Of a DNA stretch of 32,000 nt, positions 21,075 to 32,000 are shown in pieces. The notes below the pieces were generated by a model. It did not search any database. It was not told the origin of the DNA and saw only the letters and a program-made list of their open reading frames with translations. Source of the stretch: Escherichia coli (lineage in GTDB: Bacteria; Pseudomonadota; Gammaproteobacteria; Enterobacterales; Enterobacteriaceae); the NCBI RefSeq assembly GCF_044324795.1, contig NZ_CP172134.1. One strand, written 5' to 3'. Within the stretch, counting starts at the first letter, position 1. Each line of letters starts with the position of its first letter. The translations under genes and the position numbers were made by a program.

Positions 21075-22004
21075 TTACTCCCCTTCACCCGGAAACAGGA
21101 ACGGGTTAATAGAACTACGGGCGTAGCCTTCTTGCTCCATTCGCGCGTCCAGTACCAGAGAGGCGAGGTCATCTGCTACGGCTTCGATTTTTGGATCTTT
21201 TTCCTGATAGAGAATTTTCAGGTAAGTGCCGCAGTCATCGCAGCTTTCGGCTTTAATCGCGGCCTGTTCGTCATCCAGCGACCAGTAATGCAGTTTGCCG
21301 CTCTGCTCGCAGTTGCTGCATTTTACGCGCACTACGTGCCATTCGGTTTCACACAGGTTGCAGTGCAGGTAACGCAGCCCCTGAGTGGTGCCAATTTGCA
21401 CCATGCTGGACACCGGCATAGAACCACAAACCGGGCAATATTGACGTTGTTCGCCATATTCAGCGCGGGCTTTGCCGGGGATCAGATTGGCCATCTGCGC
21501 CCAGTAGAGCGACAGTGCAGCCCAGATAAACGGCGCTTTATCACTGCTGACGGACGAGAAATCAGAGGCAAACAGTGCGCTGGCCATATCTTCCAGCTCC
21601 TGGGTCGATGCCTTCTCCAGATTCTCAATCACTGCCAGCGCCGGGCCGCTCATTTCAGGTTTCAGCTCAGCAATCAGCGCCATCAGCAGCTTTTGCCAGT
21701 GCTTATCACGCGGCAGAACGTGAATATCTAGCGGGGGCTTGCCCTGTGCGCTGGCTTCTTTAATGCGTGCGGTCAGATCCATCTCCAGCGGATGGTCGTA
21801 CAGCACCACTTCCTGGGCGTGGGCGATAAGCGCAGCAAAGCGCAGGTAATCACCCAGCGGATTATTTTCTGCCAGCTCGCGCAGACGCTCGGCGCGGCGG
21901 TTGTATAAATTCTTGAGCCGAGGGAACAATAACGGCGGAATCATATCCGCCGTACGTTTCTCGCTCGAACCCAGCTCATCTTGCGGGATTATGCGAATAC
22001 TCAT
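21075..22004 (-). CDS. fdhE: Formate dehydrogenase formation protein FdhE
   Basis: Rubredoxin-like CPVCGSMP / CNLCETEW / CSNCEQSG / CDDCGTYL cysteine pairs; 309 aa. Confidence 0.95.
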   Translation of the reverse strand: MSIRIIPQDELGSSEKRTADMIPPLLFPRLKNLYNRRAERLRELAENNPLGDYLRFAALIAHAQEVVLYDHPLEMDLTARIKEASAQGKPPLDIHVLPRDKHWQKLLMALIAELKPEMSGPALAVIENLEKASTQELEDMASALFASDFSSVSSDKAPFIWAALSLYWAQMANLIPGKARAEYGEQRQYCPVCGSMPVSSMVQIGTTQGLRYLHCNLCETEWHVVRVKCSNCEQSGKLHYWSLDDEQAAIKAESCDDCGTYLKILYQEKDPKIEAVADDLASLVLDARMEQEGYARSSINPFLFPGEGE

Positions 22005-22636
22005 TCAGCTTTCTTTTCCGTTGTCTTGCGGACCTCACGGTACCAGCGCGGGTGATGTTTCTTCGCCCAGGCGCTGGTAACCCATCCTTCCACCATGGCG
22101 GTAATCGTGCCTTTCACCCAAAGGGCGGCGTAGATATGCACCATGATAACCACAATTAACGCCACTGCGGCAAATGAATGCAGCATTAACGCGAATCGGA
22201 TCACCGGGATTGAGAAAGCAGGCGCAAAATAAGGACGCCAGATAATCACGCCGCTCACCAGCAGCAGAACCAGGAAAATAATCGCCGCCCAGAAAACGCA
22301 TTTCTGACCGAAGTTATAACGCCCGGTGTCACCTACTTCCTCGTTGACGACGATCTTACGGATATTCTTCGCCCAAAAGATATCATCCCGATTGATTAGG
22401 TTGTGATGCCAGTAACGGAAAAACATGATGATGAACGAGGCAAACATAACCACGCCGACAAACGGGTGCAGAATTCGCGCCAGCTGCGGTGTGCCCATGA
22501 TTTGCATCAACCAGTTGAAGGACGGGAACAAAAAGCCCAGCCCGCTCACCGCCGCCAGGATGAAGCAGAAGGCGGTGATCCAGTGGTTGATACGTTCCGG
22601 CGCGGTGTAGCGCACGATGGTGTCACGTCGTTTCAT
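22001..22636 (-). CDS. fdoI: Formate dehydrogenase-O cytochrome b556 gamma subunit
   Basis: [35 protein letters not shown]; 211 aa; overlaps fdoH and fdhE by 4 nt. Confidence 0.96.
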
Positions 22637-23535
22637 TTGCGCTCCTCGTCTTTCTCTTCGTGCAGATTATTCTCTTCCTCATCCGCACGGTTCGGACCGA
22701 CACCCACGTAGTGGAAGATACTGGCCGCAAAGGTAGCCGCAAAGCCAACAGCCGCGAGCGGTTTCCAGATGCCTTTCCAGAATTTCACGGTTTCGCTGAT
22801 TTCCGGGTTCTCCGGCAAGCCATGATACAGATTTGGCTTGTCAGCATGGTGCAGCACGTACATAACATGTGTACCACCGACGCCTGCCGGATCGTACAGA
22901 CCCGCATTGTCGTAACCACGGGTTTTCAGCTCCGCCACGCGCTCGCTCGCCAGCGTTTTCATCGACTCTTTCGTACCGAAGTGAATCGCGCCCGTTGGGC
23001 AGGTCTTCACGCAGGCCGGTTCTTGCCCAACCACCACGCGGTCAACGCACAACGTACATTTGTAGACGCGGTTGTCTTCCGGGTTGAGGCGCGGAATGTC
23101 GAACGGACAGCCCGCAATGCAATAACCGCAGCCGATGCACTGCTCGGACTGGAAGTCGACGATACCGTTGGCATACTGAATAATTGCCCCTTCCGCCGGG
23201 CACGCTTTCAGGCAGCCTGGATCGGAACAGTGCATACAGCCGTCTTTGCGGATCAGCCATTCCAGTTTGTCGTTCTGCTCCACTTCCGAGAATCGCATCA
23301 CCGTCCACGATTTGGCACTTAAATCATTGGGGTTGTCGTACACCCCAATGTTATTGCCGACGGTATCGCGAATGTCGTTCCACTCTGAACACGCCACCTG
23401 ACAGGCTTTACAGCCGATACAGGTGGTGACGTCGATGAGTTTCGCCACTTCTTCCTGGAAGTCCCGCGCCTGAGGCGCGGGGGTCAGACCGTTAGTCGCG
23501 GAACGACGAATGATATCTTGCGATTGATAAGCCAT
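22633..23535 (-). CDS. fdoH: Formate dehydrogenase-O iron-sulfur beta subunit
   Basis: Ferredoxin-type 4Fe-4S cysteine clusters ([37 protein letters not shown]); 300 aa. Confidence 0.96.
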
Positions 23536-23547
23536 ATGTCGTCTCCG

Positions 23548-26500
23548 TTACACCTTTTCCACATTCACAAGGAAGGACTTAAACTCCGGCGTCTGCGTGT
23601 TCGCATCACCGACGAATGGCGTCAACGTATTGGCAATAAAGCCTTTTTTCGCAACACCTTCATAGCCCCAGTGAATCGGAATACCGATGGTATCGATATC
23701 TTTGCCGTTTGCTTTCAGCGTGCGAATACGTTTGGTCACTACCGCTTTGGCTTTGATATAGCCACGGTTGGAGGAGACTTTCACAGTATCGCCCTGGGCA
23801 ATGCCAAGTTTATTCGCCAGCGACTCCCCGATTTCCACAAACTGCTCTGGTTGCAAAATCGCGTTCAACAGCGCGTGTTTGGTCCAGTAGTGGAAGTGCT
23901 CGGTCAGACGATAGGTGGTTCCGACATACGGGAACTTATCGGCTTTCCCCAATGCTTCGGCGTCGTCTTTAAAGATTCGCGCAGCCGGGTTCGAGATAAC
24001 GTTTGGATGCAGCGGGTTAGTTCCCAGCGGCGTTTCAAACGGCTCGTAGTGTTCCGGGAACGGACCTTCCGCCATCTTATCGAGGGCAAACAGACGCCCC
24101 ATGCCTTCCTGCTGCATGATAAACGGCCCGACGCCACTGCCCGGAGGCGCTGCGCTGTAGTCCGGAATATCCCAGCCGGTCCATTTGGTGCCGTCCCATT
24201 TCAGCAACTGACGCTTCGGATCCCACGGGTTACCCTGCGGATCTGCGGAGGCGCGGTTATACAGAATGCGGCGGTTAAGCGGCCATGCCCATGCCCAGCC
24301 CAGCGTGTTACCGAGGCCAGAAGGATCGGCGTTATCACGACGCGCCATCTGGTTGCCTTCCGGCGTCCAGCTACCGGCGAAAATCCAGCAGCCACAGGAG
24401 GTTGTACCGTCATCGCGCAGTTGGGCGAACGAGCTAAGTTGTTGGCCTTTCTTGACGATAACCGCACCGGTTGCCGGGTCGGTAATATCGGCCAGCGCCT
24501 TACCGTTACTCTCCATCGCCACTTCTTCTGAAGATGGCTCATGCGGAATGGCGTAGTTCCAGGTCATGTTCAGCACCTGGTCCGGGTTCGCGCCACCCTG
24601 TTCGGCATACATCTTGCGCAAGCGCAGGAAGATACCGGAGAGGATCTCGCCATCAGTCAGCGCAATCCCTGGGGCGTCCGCACCTTTCCAGTGCCACTGC
24701 AACCAGCGACCAGAGTTGACGATAGAACCGTTCTCTTCCGCAAAGCAGGTCGATGGCAGACGGAACACTTCGGTCTGGATCTTCGACGAGTCAACTTCGT
24801 TCAGTTCACCGTGGTTCTGCCAGAAGTTAGAGGTTTCAGTGTTCAGCGGGTCGATGGTCACGAGGAACTTCAGTTTCGACAGACAGCCGATCACTTTGTT
24901 TTTGTTCGGGAATGAGGCAACCGGGTTAAAGCCCTGGCAGATATAGCCATTGACTTTGCCCTCTTTCATCATCTCGAAGTATTGCAGGACGTCGTAGCCT
25001 TTATCCCACTTCGGCAACCAGTCAAAGCCCCAGCTGTTTTCTGCCGTCGCTTTATCACCAAAGAAGGCCTTCATCATGGAGACGAAGAATTTCGGGTAAT
25101 TGCCCCAGTAGTTAACCTGGCCTTCCAGCAGTGGTTTCGGCGTGTTGGCGGTAAGGTAAGTTTGCAGATCGGTCTGCTTCTCGCTTGGCAACGTCATGTA
25201 ACCTGGCAGACTCTGCGACAGCAGCCCCAGGTCGGTCAGCCCCTGAATATTGGAGTGACCGCGCAGGGCGTTAACGCCGCCGCCAGCCATCCCCATATTG
25301 CCGAGCAGCAGCTGGATCATCGCCATCGTACGAATGTTTTGCGCACCAATGGAGTGTTGCGTCCAGCCGAGGGCGTAGAGGAACGACGCTGTTTTATCGT
25401 GAGCACTGGTTTCGGCGATGTATTCGCAGACTTTCAGGAACGCGTCTTTTGGCGTACCGCAGATGTTTTCAACCACATCTGGCGTATAACGGGAAACGTG
25501 CTGTTTCAGCAAGTTCCACACGCAACGTGGATGTTGCAGCGTGGTATCGCGTTTGGCGAAGCCGTTTTCGTCCAGTTCGTAAGTCCAGGAGGATTTATCG
25601 TACTTGCGTTTTTCCGCGTCGTAGCCGGTGAACAGGCCATCTTCAAAGCCGTAATCCTCACGCACGATCAGGCTGGCGTTGGTATAGGCTTCGGTGTATT
25701 CGCGGTTGAATTTTTCATTGTTCAGCAGGTACAGCAATACGCCTGACAGGAAAGCAATGTCAGTCCCGGAACGAATAGGGGCATAGTAGTCAGCCACCGC
25801 CGCCGTACGTGTAAAGCGAGGATCGATCACAATCAGCTTCGCGCCGTTGTGAATTTTGGCTTCCATCGCCCAGCGGAACCCGACCGGGTGAGCTTCAGCG
25901 GCATTACCGCCCATCACCACGACGAGGTTGGCATTCTTGATGTCGACCCAGTGGTTGGTCATCGCACCGCGACCAAATGTTGGAGCAAGACTTGCTACCG
26001 TTGGTCCGTGTCAGACACGCGCCTGGTTGTCGACCGCGAGCATACCCAGCGCGCGGGAGAATTTTTGCGTTAAATAGCCGGTTTCGTTACTCGACGCGGA
26101 AGCACACAGCATCCCGGTGGAGAGCCAGCGGTTAACAGTCACGCCTTCGGCGTTTTGCGCAATGTAGTTCGCATCGCGGTCTTCTTTCATCAGTTTGGCG
26201 ATGCGATCAAACGCCTCTTCCCAACTGATTTGTTGCCATTTATCAGAACCTGGCGCACGGTATTCCGGAAACTTCAGGCGGCTTTCGGAGTGGATGAAAT
26301 CCACCAGGCCAGCGCCTTTCGGACAAAGTGCTCCGCGGTTGACCGGGTGATCCGGGTCACCTTCGATATGGAAGATAGATGCTTTGGCGTTTTTTGCTCC
26401 GTCACCGAGGCTGTACATCAACAGCCCACAGCCTACGGAACAATAGGTGCAGGTATTACGGGTTTCGCGGGTGCGCAGCAGTTTATACTGCCGGGTTTCC

Positions 26501-26598
26501 GCGAGTGCTACGCTGGGTGCAAAACCCAGTGCCGCTGCCGTGGTGCCTGCCATACCGCCAGCGCAGATCTTAAAGAACTGCCTTCTGCTGACCTGCAT
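23548..26598 (-). CDS. fdoG: Formate dehydrogenase-O alpha subunit, selenoprotein read through an in-frame UGA (26011-26013)
   Basis: ORFs 26011-26598 and 23548-25962 are the same frame joined as ...DNQARV-[UGA]-HGPTVASLAPTFGRGAMTNHWVDIKN...; Tat signal RRQFFKICAGGMAG; 4Fe-4S CTYCSVGCG; molybdopterin oxidoreductase. Confidence 0.96.
25965..26013 (-). promoter_or_regulatory. UGA(Sec) codon with adjacent candidate SECIS hairpin in fdoG
   Basis: mRNA-sense TGACACGGACCAACGGTAGCAAGTCTTGCTCCAAC, with complementary AGCAAG/CTTGCT segments downstream of the UGA. Confidence 0.7.
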
Positions 26599-26791
26599 GG
26601 ATTGCTCCTTGTTTCGACATTGTCACGTCCCATTTACATTCGCTTGCTGCGTGTGCAGGGAGTGGGAGTTATTTTTCTTTGCGGAAGGGGCCGCAAAGGT
26701 CCAGAATTGGCTCAATTTCCCTCCATCCAGGAAGGGTTTGTAACAGAATACCATAATGTTGGTGTGTGTGTTCTTATCTGGTTAAGAGAAA

Positions 26792-27625
26792 GTGAAAAAA
26801 ACACAGCAAAAAGAAATCGAAAATGTGACAAGTGTCACAGGTGTTCGTCAAATTGAGTTATGGCGGCGTGATGATTTACAACACCCACGGTTAGATGAGG
26901 TGGCGGAAGAGGTTCCCGTTGCGCTGGTCTACAACGGCATTTCGCATGTAGTGATGATGGCGTCACCCAAAGACCTTGAGTACTTTGCGCTCGGTTTTTC
27001 GCTTTCCGAGGGGATTATCGAAAGTCCGCGCGATATCTTCGGTATGGATGTCGTTCCTTCCTGTAATGGTCTTGAAGTTCAAATTGAGCTTTCCAGCCGC
27101 CGCTTTATGGGGTTGAAGGAGCGTCGCCGGGCACTGGCGGGACGTACGGGATGTGGCGTGTGCGGCGTGGAGCAACTTAATGACATCGGAAAACCGGTGC
27201 AGCCGCTACCGTTCACCCAGACGTTTGATCTCAACAAACTGGATGATGCATTACGTCATCTCAATGATTTTCAGCCAGTGGGGCAACTGACCGGTTGTAC
27301 TCACGCCGCCGCCTGGATGTTGCCATCTGGCGAACTGGTCGGCGGGCATGAAGACGTGGGTCGCCATGTGGCGCTGGACAAACTGTTAGGCCGCCGGTCA
27401 CAAGAAGGGGAAAGCTGGCAGCAAGGTGCGGTGCTGGTTTCCAGCCGTGCCAGTTATGAAATGGTGCAAAAGTCAGCGATGTGCGGCGTAGAGATTTTGT
27501 TTGCGGTGTCTGCCGCGACCACGCTTGCTGTAGAAGTGGCTGAGCGCTGTAATCTGACACTGGTAGGTTTTTGTAAACCGGGTCGGGCAACGGTTTATAC
27601 CCATCCGCAGCGTTTGAGCAATTAA
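26792..27625 (+). CDS. fdhD: Formate dehydrogenase sulfurtransferase FdhD
   Basis: 277 aa, CGVCG motif, divergent from fdoG. Confidence 0.96.
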   Translation: MKKTQQKEIENVTSVTGVRQIELWRRDDLQHPRLDEVAEEVPVALVYNGISHVVMMASPKDLEYFALGFSLSEGIIESPRDIFGMDVVPSCNGLEVQIELSSRRFMGLKERRRALAGRTGCGVCGVEQLNDIGKPVQPLPFTQTFDLNKLDDALRHLNDFQPVGQLTGCTHAAAWMLPSGELVGGHEDVGRHVALDKLLGRRSQEGESWQQGAVLVSSRASYEMVQKSAMCGVEILFAVSAATTLAVEVAERCNLTLVGFCKPGRATVYTHPQRLSN

Positions 27626-27629
27626 TTAA

Positions 27630-27668
27630 AATAAGTCCTGCGATATATATTAAATTGCAGGACTTATT
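27630..27668 (+). terminator. Intrinsic terminator-like hairpin downstream of fdhD
   Basis: AATAAGTCCTGC ... GCAGGACTTATT perfect 12-bp inverted repeat. Confidence 0.65.
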
Positions 27669-27777
27669 CATTTCGTGAATTTTATTATTTTATTTATAAA
27701 CAAAACGCGTGTAGTGGCGTTTTCTTTTTTCATTTATTATGTTCACTCTCTTATCTATATATTTATAAGGCAATTAA

Positions 27778-28833
27778 ATGAAAAGGAATTTATTATCTTC
27801 CGCTATTATAGTCGCCATCATGGCCCTCGGTCTCACGGGTTGTGATGATAAAAAAGCCGAAACAGAAACGCCCCCGCCTGCCAATAGTCAACCTGCCGCA
27901 CCAGCTCCTGAAGCGAAACCTGCTGAAGCTCCCGTTGCAAAAGCAGAAGTTAAACCTGAAACGCCTGCCCAACTGGTGGTCGATGAACAAGCGGTTTTCG
28001 ACGAAAAAATGGATGTCTATATCAAGTGCTACAACAAGTTACAGATCCCGGTACAGCGCAGTCTGGCGCGTTATGCTGACTGGCTGAAAGATTTTAAACA
28101 GGGGCCTACCGGTAAAGAGAGTACTGTTTATGGCATCTACGGCATTAGTGAATCCAGCCTCGCTGAGTGTGAAAAAGGCGTAAAAAGTGCTGTGGCGTTA
28201 ACGCCTGCGCTGCAACCTATTGATGGCGTAGCGGTGAGTTATATCGATGCTGCCGTGGCGTTGGGTAATACCATTAACGAAATGGATAAATATTACACCC
28301 AGGAAAATTATAAAGACGATGCGTTTGCGAAAGGGAAAACGCTGCACCAGACATTCTTAAAAAATCTGGAAGCCTTTGAACCTGTAGCCGAATCTTATCA
28401 TGCGGCGATCCAGGAAATTAATGATAAGCGTCAGCTTGCGGAACTGAAAAATATTGAAGAAAGAGAAGGGAAAACATTCCACTACTATTCTCTGGCAGTC
28501 ATGATTTCAGCGAAACAAATTAATAACCTGATATCGCAAGAGAAGTTTGATGTTGATGCGGCAATGAAGAAAGTGTCTGAACTGGAAACGCTGGTGGCGC
28601 AGGCCAAAGAAGCGGATAAAGGCGGCATGAATTTCTCGTTTATTAATTCGGCAGGCCAGTATCAACTCGAGGCTAAAAAATACGTTCGCCGCATCAGAGA
28701 TAAAGTCCCGTACTCTGACTGGGATAAAGAGCAACTTCAGGACGCAAACTCAAGCTGGATGGTCGAAGACTCTTTCCCGAGAGCATTACGCGAGTACAAC
28801 GAAATGGTCGATGATTATAATCGCCTGCGTTAA
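27778..28833 (+). CDS. yiiG: YiiG, DUF3829-type lipoprotein
   Basis: Lipobox IMALGLTGC, proline/alanine/glutamate-rich linker; 351 aa. Confidence 0.9.
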   Translation: MKRNLLSSAIIVAIMALGLTGCDDKKAETETPPPANSQPAAPAPEAKPAEAPVAKAEVKPETPAQLVVDEQAVFDEKMDVYIKCYNKLQIPVQRSLARYADWLKDFKQGPTGKESTVYGIYGISESSLAECEKGVKSAVALTPALQPIDGVAVSYIDAAVALGNTINEMDKYYTQENYKDDAFAKGKTLHQTFLKNLEAFEPVAESYHAAIQEINDKRQLAELKNIEEREGKTFHYYSLAVMISAKQINNLISQEKFDVDAAMKKVSELETLVAQAKEADKGGMNFSFINSAGQYQLEAKKYVRRIRDKVPYSDWDKEQLQDANSSWMVEDSFPRALREYNEMVDDYNRLR

Positions 28834-28853
28834 ACGTTTTTGATGATAAATGC

Positions 28854-28881
28854 AGTGTCGGATGCGGCGCATCCGACACAG
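28854..28881. repeat. REP-like palindrome between convergent yiiG and frvR (possible bidirectional terminator)
   Basis: agtgtcggatgcggcgcatccgacacag. Confidence 0.7.
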
Positions 28882-28882
28882 T

Positions 28883-30631
28883 TCACCCCTTGTGAAGTAA
28901 CTCCATAAATGCCTCATATCCTGTTAACCCGGCAATAACCTCTGCCGGATGCTGACACAATACGCTTGCCAGATAGCTAAATATTTTTAGCTCATGACGC
29001 GCATCGGCGGCGGCACAGGCGATCAGTACATGGTTAACTACTTCGTTATTCACCTCAACCGGTTGGGCGAGGGTAATAAAAAATCCACGAAAACGTCGCT
29101 CCTGTTCGCTCCAGCAATGGGGGATGGCGAGGCGATTAACAATCAGGTTTTCACCTTCGCCTTCGCGGGCGATGATCCGTTGCGCTTCATCGGCGGTAAT
29201 ATGGTGTTGTGCGACTAATTGCGCACATATTTGCTGGGTAATATGTTGCCAGCTTTCACCACGTACATTCGAATAATGAATACTTCCGGGGGCAGAAAAA
29301 AAACGCTCCGGTTGCTGGCGAATAAATGCCGTCGCCAGAAAATGTTTTATTTGTTCGATACCGGCAGCCGTAATGATATTTTTTACGATGATGCAATTAT
29401 TGACCGCGTCATCCAGTAAATAATGGCTGTTATTAATGATCAATAACGGCTCAATCTCTTCGCGAATGGCAACCAGTTCGCTTACGCTGCGGGCAATAAT
29501 TACCCGACAATTCAGGACATCGCGCTCAATGGCGAGCTGATTAATAGTAGCAATCGCGTTCTGATCAGAGAGCAAAATGATCGGCTGGCGTTCGTTTTGA
29601 TGCCGTTCCAGCGCACAGGCAAAATACAAACCAATCAGATCGCTGTCGAAAAGGGGAATATCGAGTTGTTCACGCAGTAGCGTAATAAAGTGCAGACTCA
29701 TATCAAAGGCCGCAGGCCAGGCGGCTTTCAGGTTATTCATGCTGCTTTGGCGGTGCTCTCCAATCCACACCGGCGCGGCAAGGCAACGTAATAAATGCCC
29801 GGTAATATTCTCAACCAGTTGCGTATCAATAATATTCAATGACGCAATGCCCGGCACCCTTTGCAGCAATGCCAGCACATTATCGACACAAATAACCTGC
29901 GCCTGTTGATGCTGTTTTTCTATCAACCCCGTCAACGTTCTTACAGCGTTATCACCAAGAAACAGGCCGCTATATTCAACGATCTGTTTTATCTCGCTAC
30001 CGGGATATTCAGGCCATGTGTCAGTAAGCTGATTACGCAACGCGTAAATAGCCAGAATCAGGCTTGAGAGATAGTCGCTTTGCATCAGCGGCCAGCGACG
30101 TTGCTTTTCGCAGGCGGTGGTTAATTGTTGAAAATTGTCTCGTGTTACTCCCGACAGCGGAATTAAAAACGGATCTTTGCGTAAAAGATTCGCCAGCAAA
30201 ATAATGCGTTTCTCTTCTGTCTCATCAATGAAATGGCCCAAACCAGGGCGACTGGCGAGACAAAAACTGCGTTCATAGCGCTGTTTCAGGCGGGGCAGGC
30301 GCTCTGCTACCCAGGTTTCTGGCAAATTAAGCGTCGAGGCGAGTTGCGCACGAGGCGTAAAGGTATTCAGTAATAACAGCGCCAGCAGCCGATCGTCGTT
30401 ATCGTGCTTTTGCAGCAACTGAAAAAAGCTGCGGCGCTCGAAGATTTCCAGCTGATAGCCCGCGTTGCTACTGGCGGAAATGCGGGCTTTGCCGTTAAGG
30501 GTAAAGTTGAGATAGTCAATATCACGCAGGATGGTCCTGCCAGAAACGCCAGTCTGTTGCGCCAGCTCGCCAGGCGTGCGTGGCTGTTGCTCCAGCAGAT
30601 CGACAATCTTTAACTGGCGTTCGTTTAGCAT
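28883..30631 (-). CDS. frvR: PRD-containing transcriptional regulator FrvR of a PTS operon
   Basis: N-terminal HTH (TPGELAQQTGVSGRTILRDIDYL), PRD-like core and C-terminal EIIA-like region; 582 aa. Confidence 0.92.
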   Translation of the reverse strand: MLNERQLKIVDLLEQQPRTPGELAQQTGVSGRTILRDIDYLNFTLNGKARISASSNAGYQLEIFERRSFFQLLQKHDNDDRLLALLLLNTFTPRAQLASTLNLPETWVAERLPRLKQRYERSFCLASRPGLGHFIDETEEKRIILLANLLRKDPFLIPLSGVTRDNFQQLTTACEKQRRWPLMQSDYLSSLILAIYALRNQLTDTWPEYPGSEIKQIVEYSGLFLGDNAVRTLTGLIEKQHQQAQVICVDNVLALLQRVPGIASLNIIDTQLVENITGHLLRCLAAPVWIGEHRQSSMNNLKAAWPAAFDMSLHFITLLREQLDIPLFDSDLIGLYFACALERHQNERQPIILLSDQNAIATINQLAIERDVLNCRVIIARSVSELVAIREEIEPLLIINNSHYLLDDAVNNCIIVKNIITAAGIEQIKHFLATAFIRQQPERFFSAPGSIHYSNVRGESWQHITQQICAQLVAQHHITADEAQRIIAREGEGENLIVNRLAIPHCWSEQERRFRGFFITLAQPVEVNNEVVNHVLIACAAADARHELKIFSYLASVLCQHPAEVIAGLTGYEAFMELLHKG

Positions 30632-31707
30632 TAATCCACCTGACGGAACTGGCTAAACGCGTTGACTTTCTCCGCGGTTAAGGTGGTCAGAAAATCCCGT
30701 ATCAACGTGAGCAGAGCATCGTAATCGGCTTTTGAAATCATGCCGCTGTTAGCGTGCAGATAACGCGTTGGCAGGCACAGCGCGACAACCGGACGCCCGC
30801 CGCCCATCACGTTGTAGCGCCCGCCATCCGTCGCACCGGTTTTCATAGTGGAAAATTGCAGCGGTAAATCATTCTGCGTGGCACAGCTTTTTAACGCTGC
30901 TACCAGTTTCTGGTTGGGGAAGTAGCGCTTGTCAAACAGCATCAGCCCCGGCCCGTTGCCCAGTTTCAGCGGATATTTAATGTTATCAATGCCTGGAACA
31001 TCGCCCGCGACAGCGGTATCCAGCACGATCACCACATCCGGTTTAATGTGTTCAGCCGAGGTTTGCGCCCCGCGTAGCCCAACTTCTTCTTCCACACTGC
31101 CAACGCCATACAGCGTAATTTCGGGGTTATTTACTGTCTGTAGGAGCTCAGCCATCATCGCGCAGCCGATGCGGTTATCCAGCGCCTTGCCGACCACTTT
31201 ATCTTCGCCCCAGCAGGCAAAATTGGCTTCCGGGCTAATAAAATCGCCAATTTCCACGCCGCGCTTTTCCACCTCTTCGCGACTGTTCGCGCCAATATCA
31301 ATGAACATCTCATCAAATGACAGCGGTTGTTGCTTTTGCTTTTCCGTTAACGCATGAGGCGCGACGGAACCAATCACACTAGGGATTTTCACTCCCTTGT
31401 GTGTGCGTATGGTTACCCGGTGGTTGAGCATCGACTGATTCCACCAGCCGCCAATGGTGGTAAAGCGCAGAAAACCGCTCTCGTCGATATGGGTGACCAT
31501 AAAGCCGACTTCATCCATATGCCCGACAACGGCAACTTTTGGACCTTTATTTCCCTTACGGGCAACAAAGCTGCCCAGACCATCAAAGGTGATCTCATTC
31601 ACGCAAGGTTCCAGCGTGTTTATCAGAATGTCACGAACTTCCTGTTCATCGCCGCTGACGGCGCTGGCTTCGCACAACTGTTGCAGTAACTCAATGTTCA
31701 TGGGCAA
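30631..31707 (-). CDS. frvX: M42-family peptidase/endo-1,4-beta-glucanase-like FrvX
   Basis: VAVVGHMDEVGFMVTHI, GVGSVEEEVGLRGA metallopeptidase motifs; 358 aa. Confidence 0.9.
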   Translation of the reverse strand: MPMNIELLQQLCEASAVSGDEQEVRDILINTLEPCVNEITFDGLGSFVARKGNKGPKVAVVGHMDEVGFMVTHIDESGFLRFTTIGGWWNQSMLNHRVTIRTHKGVKIPSVIGSVAPHALTEKQKQQPLSFDEMFIDIGANSREEVEKRGVEIGDFISPEANFACWGEDKVVGKALDNRIGCAMMAELLQTVNNPEITLYGVGSVEEEVGLRGAQTSAEHIKPDVVIVLDTAVAGDVPGIDNIKYPLKLGNGPGLMLFDKRYFPNQKLVAALKSCATQNDLPLQFSTMKTGATDGGRYNVMGGGRPVVALCLPTRYLHANSGMISKADYDALLTLIRDFLTTLTAEKVNAFSQFRQVD

Positions 31708-32000
31708 GCTCCTGTTGCGCGGCTTTCGCTTTGCGGCGTAACCATAATCCTTTCAGGACGATAATGAATGAAATGTTCAGCGCGAGGCCAATCGCCAGCA
31801 CCAGGTAAAACGAACCTACCGGCGACATCAGGCCGATCAGCGGGTCAAAGATACCCAAACCAGGTGCCAGTCGTTTGATTCCGAAAGCGATCACCAGCAC
31901 GCCGGTAATGCCGCCCGCCAGCGTATTGGCGGTGATCATTGGCAGTGGTGCCGCCAGAGCGTAAGGAATAGCCGGTTCGGTCGCGACCGTGGCACCGACC
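31691..32000 (-). CDS. frvB: PTS fructose-like EIIBC component FrvB, C-terminal part only (5' end beyond window)
   Basis: SVATVAPTAIPYALAAPLPMITANTLAGGITGVLVIAFGIKRLAPG..., overlaps frvX by 17 nt. Confidence 0.85.
   Translation of the reverse strand, partial: VGATVATEPAIPYALAAPLPMITANTLAGGITGVLVIAFGIKRLAPGLGIFDPLIGLMSPVGSFYLVLAIGLALNISFIIVLKGLWLRRKAKAAQQELAHEH

Noticed and set aside
22660-23322. 220-aa plus-strand ORF
   Set aside because: Antisense shadow of fdoH; His/Arg-rich and without recognisable domains.
23518-24531. 337-aa plus-strand ORF and others (24541-24915, 24982-25746) opposite fdoG
   Set aside because: They lie antisense to well-supported fdoG codons, have Arg/His/Val-rich composition typical of antisense shadows of GC-rich genes, and show no RBS or family resemblance.
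23548-26598. fdoG as a nonsense-mutated pseudogene
   Set aside because: The only in-frame stop is TGA at the conserved Sec position of formate dehydrogenase alpha subunits, with reading frame and sequence intact on both sides.

Overview
The window is an Escherichia coli-type chromosomal segment. In order it carries: the 3' part of yihN, the sulfoquinovose (sulfo-EMP) locus ompL-yihO-yihP-yihQ-yihR-yihS-yihT-yihU-yihV-yihW, yihX-yihY-dtd-fabY(yiiD), yiiE and yiiF, fdhE-fdoI-fdoH-fdoG (with an in-frame UGA/Sec codon), fdhD, yiiG, frvR-frvX and the start of frvB. Two things look accessory. (1) An AT-rich 604-aa ORF (16120-17934) between fabY and yiiE has a C-x5-R motif, CKSAKDRT, about 105 residues from its C-terminus. 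This matches the motif and its position in the SopB/SigD/IpgD inositol-phosphate phosphatase effectors, so I read it as a divergent, orphan candidate effector. It is followed by about 0.7 kb of DNA with no convincing gene. (2) A complete IS3-family element (19376-20807, IS1397-like) sits in the loop of a REP/palindromic unit between yiiF and fdhE, with 4-bp GTGA flanking duplications and an A-AAA-AAG frameshift heptamer. Weaker observations: yiiE and yiiF are tandem RHH paralogs with duplicated upstream DNA; yiiF may be an orphan antitoxin; and a GTCACTTTTT motif recurs at the yihU/yihV and yihW promoters. Family and K-12 comparisons are from memory; no search was run.
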